From positions 56,296,001 through 56,360,000 of the forward strand of contig OX597821.1 of assembly GCA_951406725.2 (NCBI GenBank): DNA of 64,000 bases, in the 5' to 3' direction. Below the pieces are notes generated by a model. That model searched no databases. It saw nothing but the letters and a program-made list of their open reading frames with translations, and had not been told where the DNA came from. Of the stretch, positions 63,303-64,000 are shown in pieces (the stretch's first letter is position 1; each line of letters begins with the position of its first letter). Both the position numbers and the translations under genes were made by a program. This DNA is from Octopus vulgaris. Taxonomy: Eukaryota.

Positions 63303-64000
63303 TATGCATTGCAGTCTACAATTGCTTCAAAAGGAAAAAGATCAAGTTTCACAGGCTGGGCCAAGCAGTTGCGTTTCTTTCGTGATTTTGATAATGTGAC
63401 CCACCTATAACATGTCATTAACCTTGTAAAGAAAGAAAATTTGCATCCTTTTTGATGCAAAATTAGGATGGAAGTATGGCCTCTTGGGCGCTTTCTTCCT
63501 ATACATTCACAATATGGTAATAACCAAGAAGTAAATCTCATAAAGTTCATAAAGTACGATGAAATTTTCAGTCTTAATAACATCCTGATAATGAATTCCG
63601 TGATATTTCGGAATATTTCTGAACTGAAAAATCTCTAGTGAGGAAAACGTGCTGAACAATAGTTTGTCATAGTGTAAGAGATGTTGACCTAAATTTCTTC
63701 ATGCATACTCATGAATACCTACAGCCCCAACAATATAATTACCAAAATAATAATTATCTCTATTAAAAGTTACCGAAGGAGACATTACTCGTGACGGCTT
63801 AAGCTGTTTCTGTTTATTTTTTTATAGAATGGAGATATGTGAGATAGTGTGATGTGATACTTGATATAGTGATATGTACGGGATTATGATAACGAAGTTT
63901 GTCGTTCTTTGTAAAGTGCATAATGTGTTCTGATGTTTTCAGTAGTTTACTTTAATGCATAAAGGGTACGTAGCGAATTGTATTGTAGAGAAATAGTATG

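Overview
AT-rich, microsatellite-dense eukaryotic (metazoan) DNA with no recognisable host protein-coding gene, rRNA, CRISPR or prokaryotic features. The SINE families and repeat landscape resemble those I recall from octopus (coleoid cephalopod) genomes; this is an inference, not a database result. The window is intergenic or intronic and is dominated by transposable elements. (1) Two convergently oriented copies of one APE+RT LINE family both sit in (TA)n tracts. One has an intact 1005-aa ORF2 and a 5'-truncated ORF1 with tandem CCCH zinc fingers. (2) A Tc1 element with TIRs is split by a 2.08-kb, TSD-flanked retroelement that encodes only an ORF1-like CCHC protein and ends in the same 3' tail as a local tRNA-derived SINE. 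(3) At least six Penelope-type minimal hammerhead-ribozyme motifs and several long palindromes occur at 16.7 kb and 28-46 kb. (4) There are also decayed mariner/Tc1, R4/Dong-like, RTE and CR1/L2-like relics, two MITEs and about 25 SINE copies from three families. A few short plus-strand exon-like segments hint at a host transcript but are unconfirmed.
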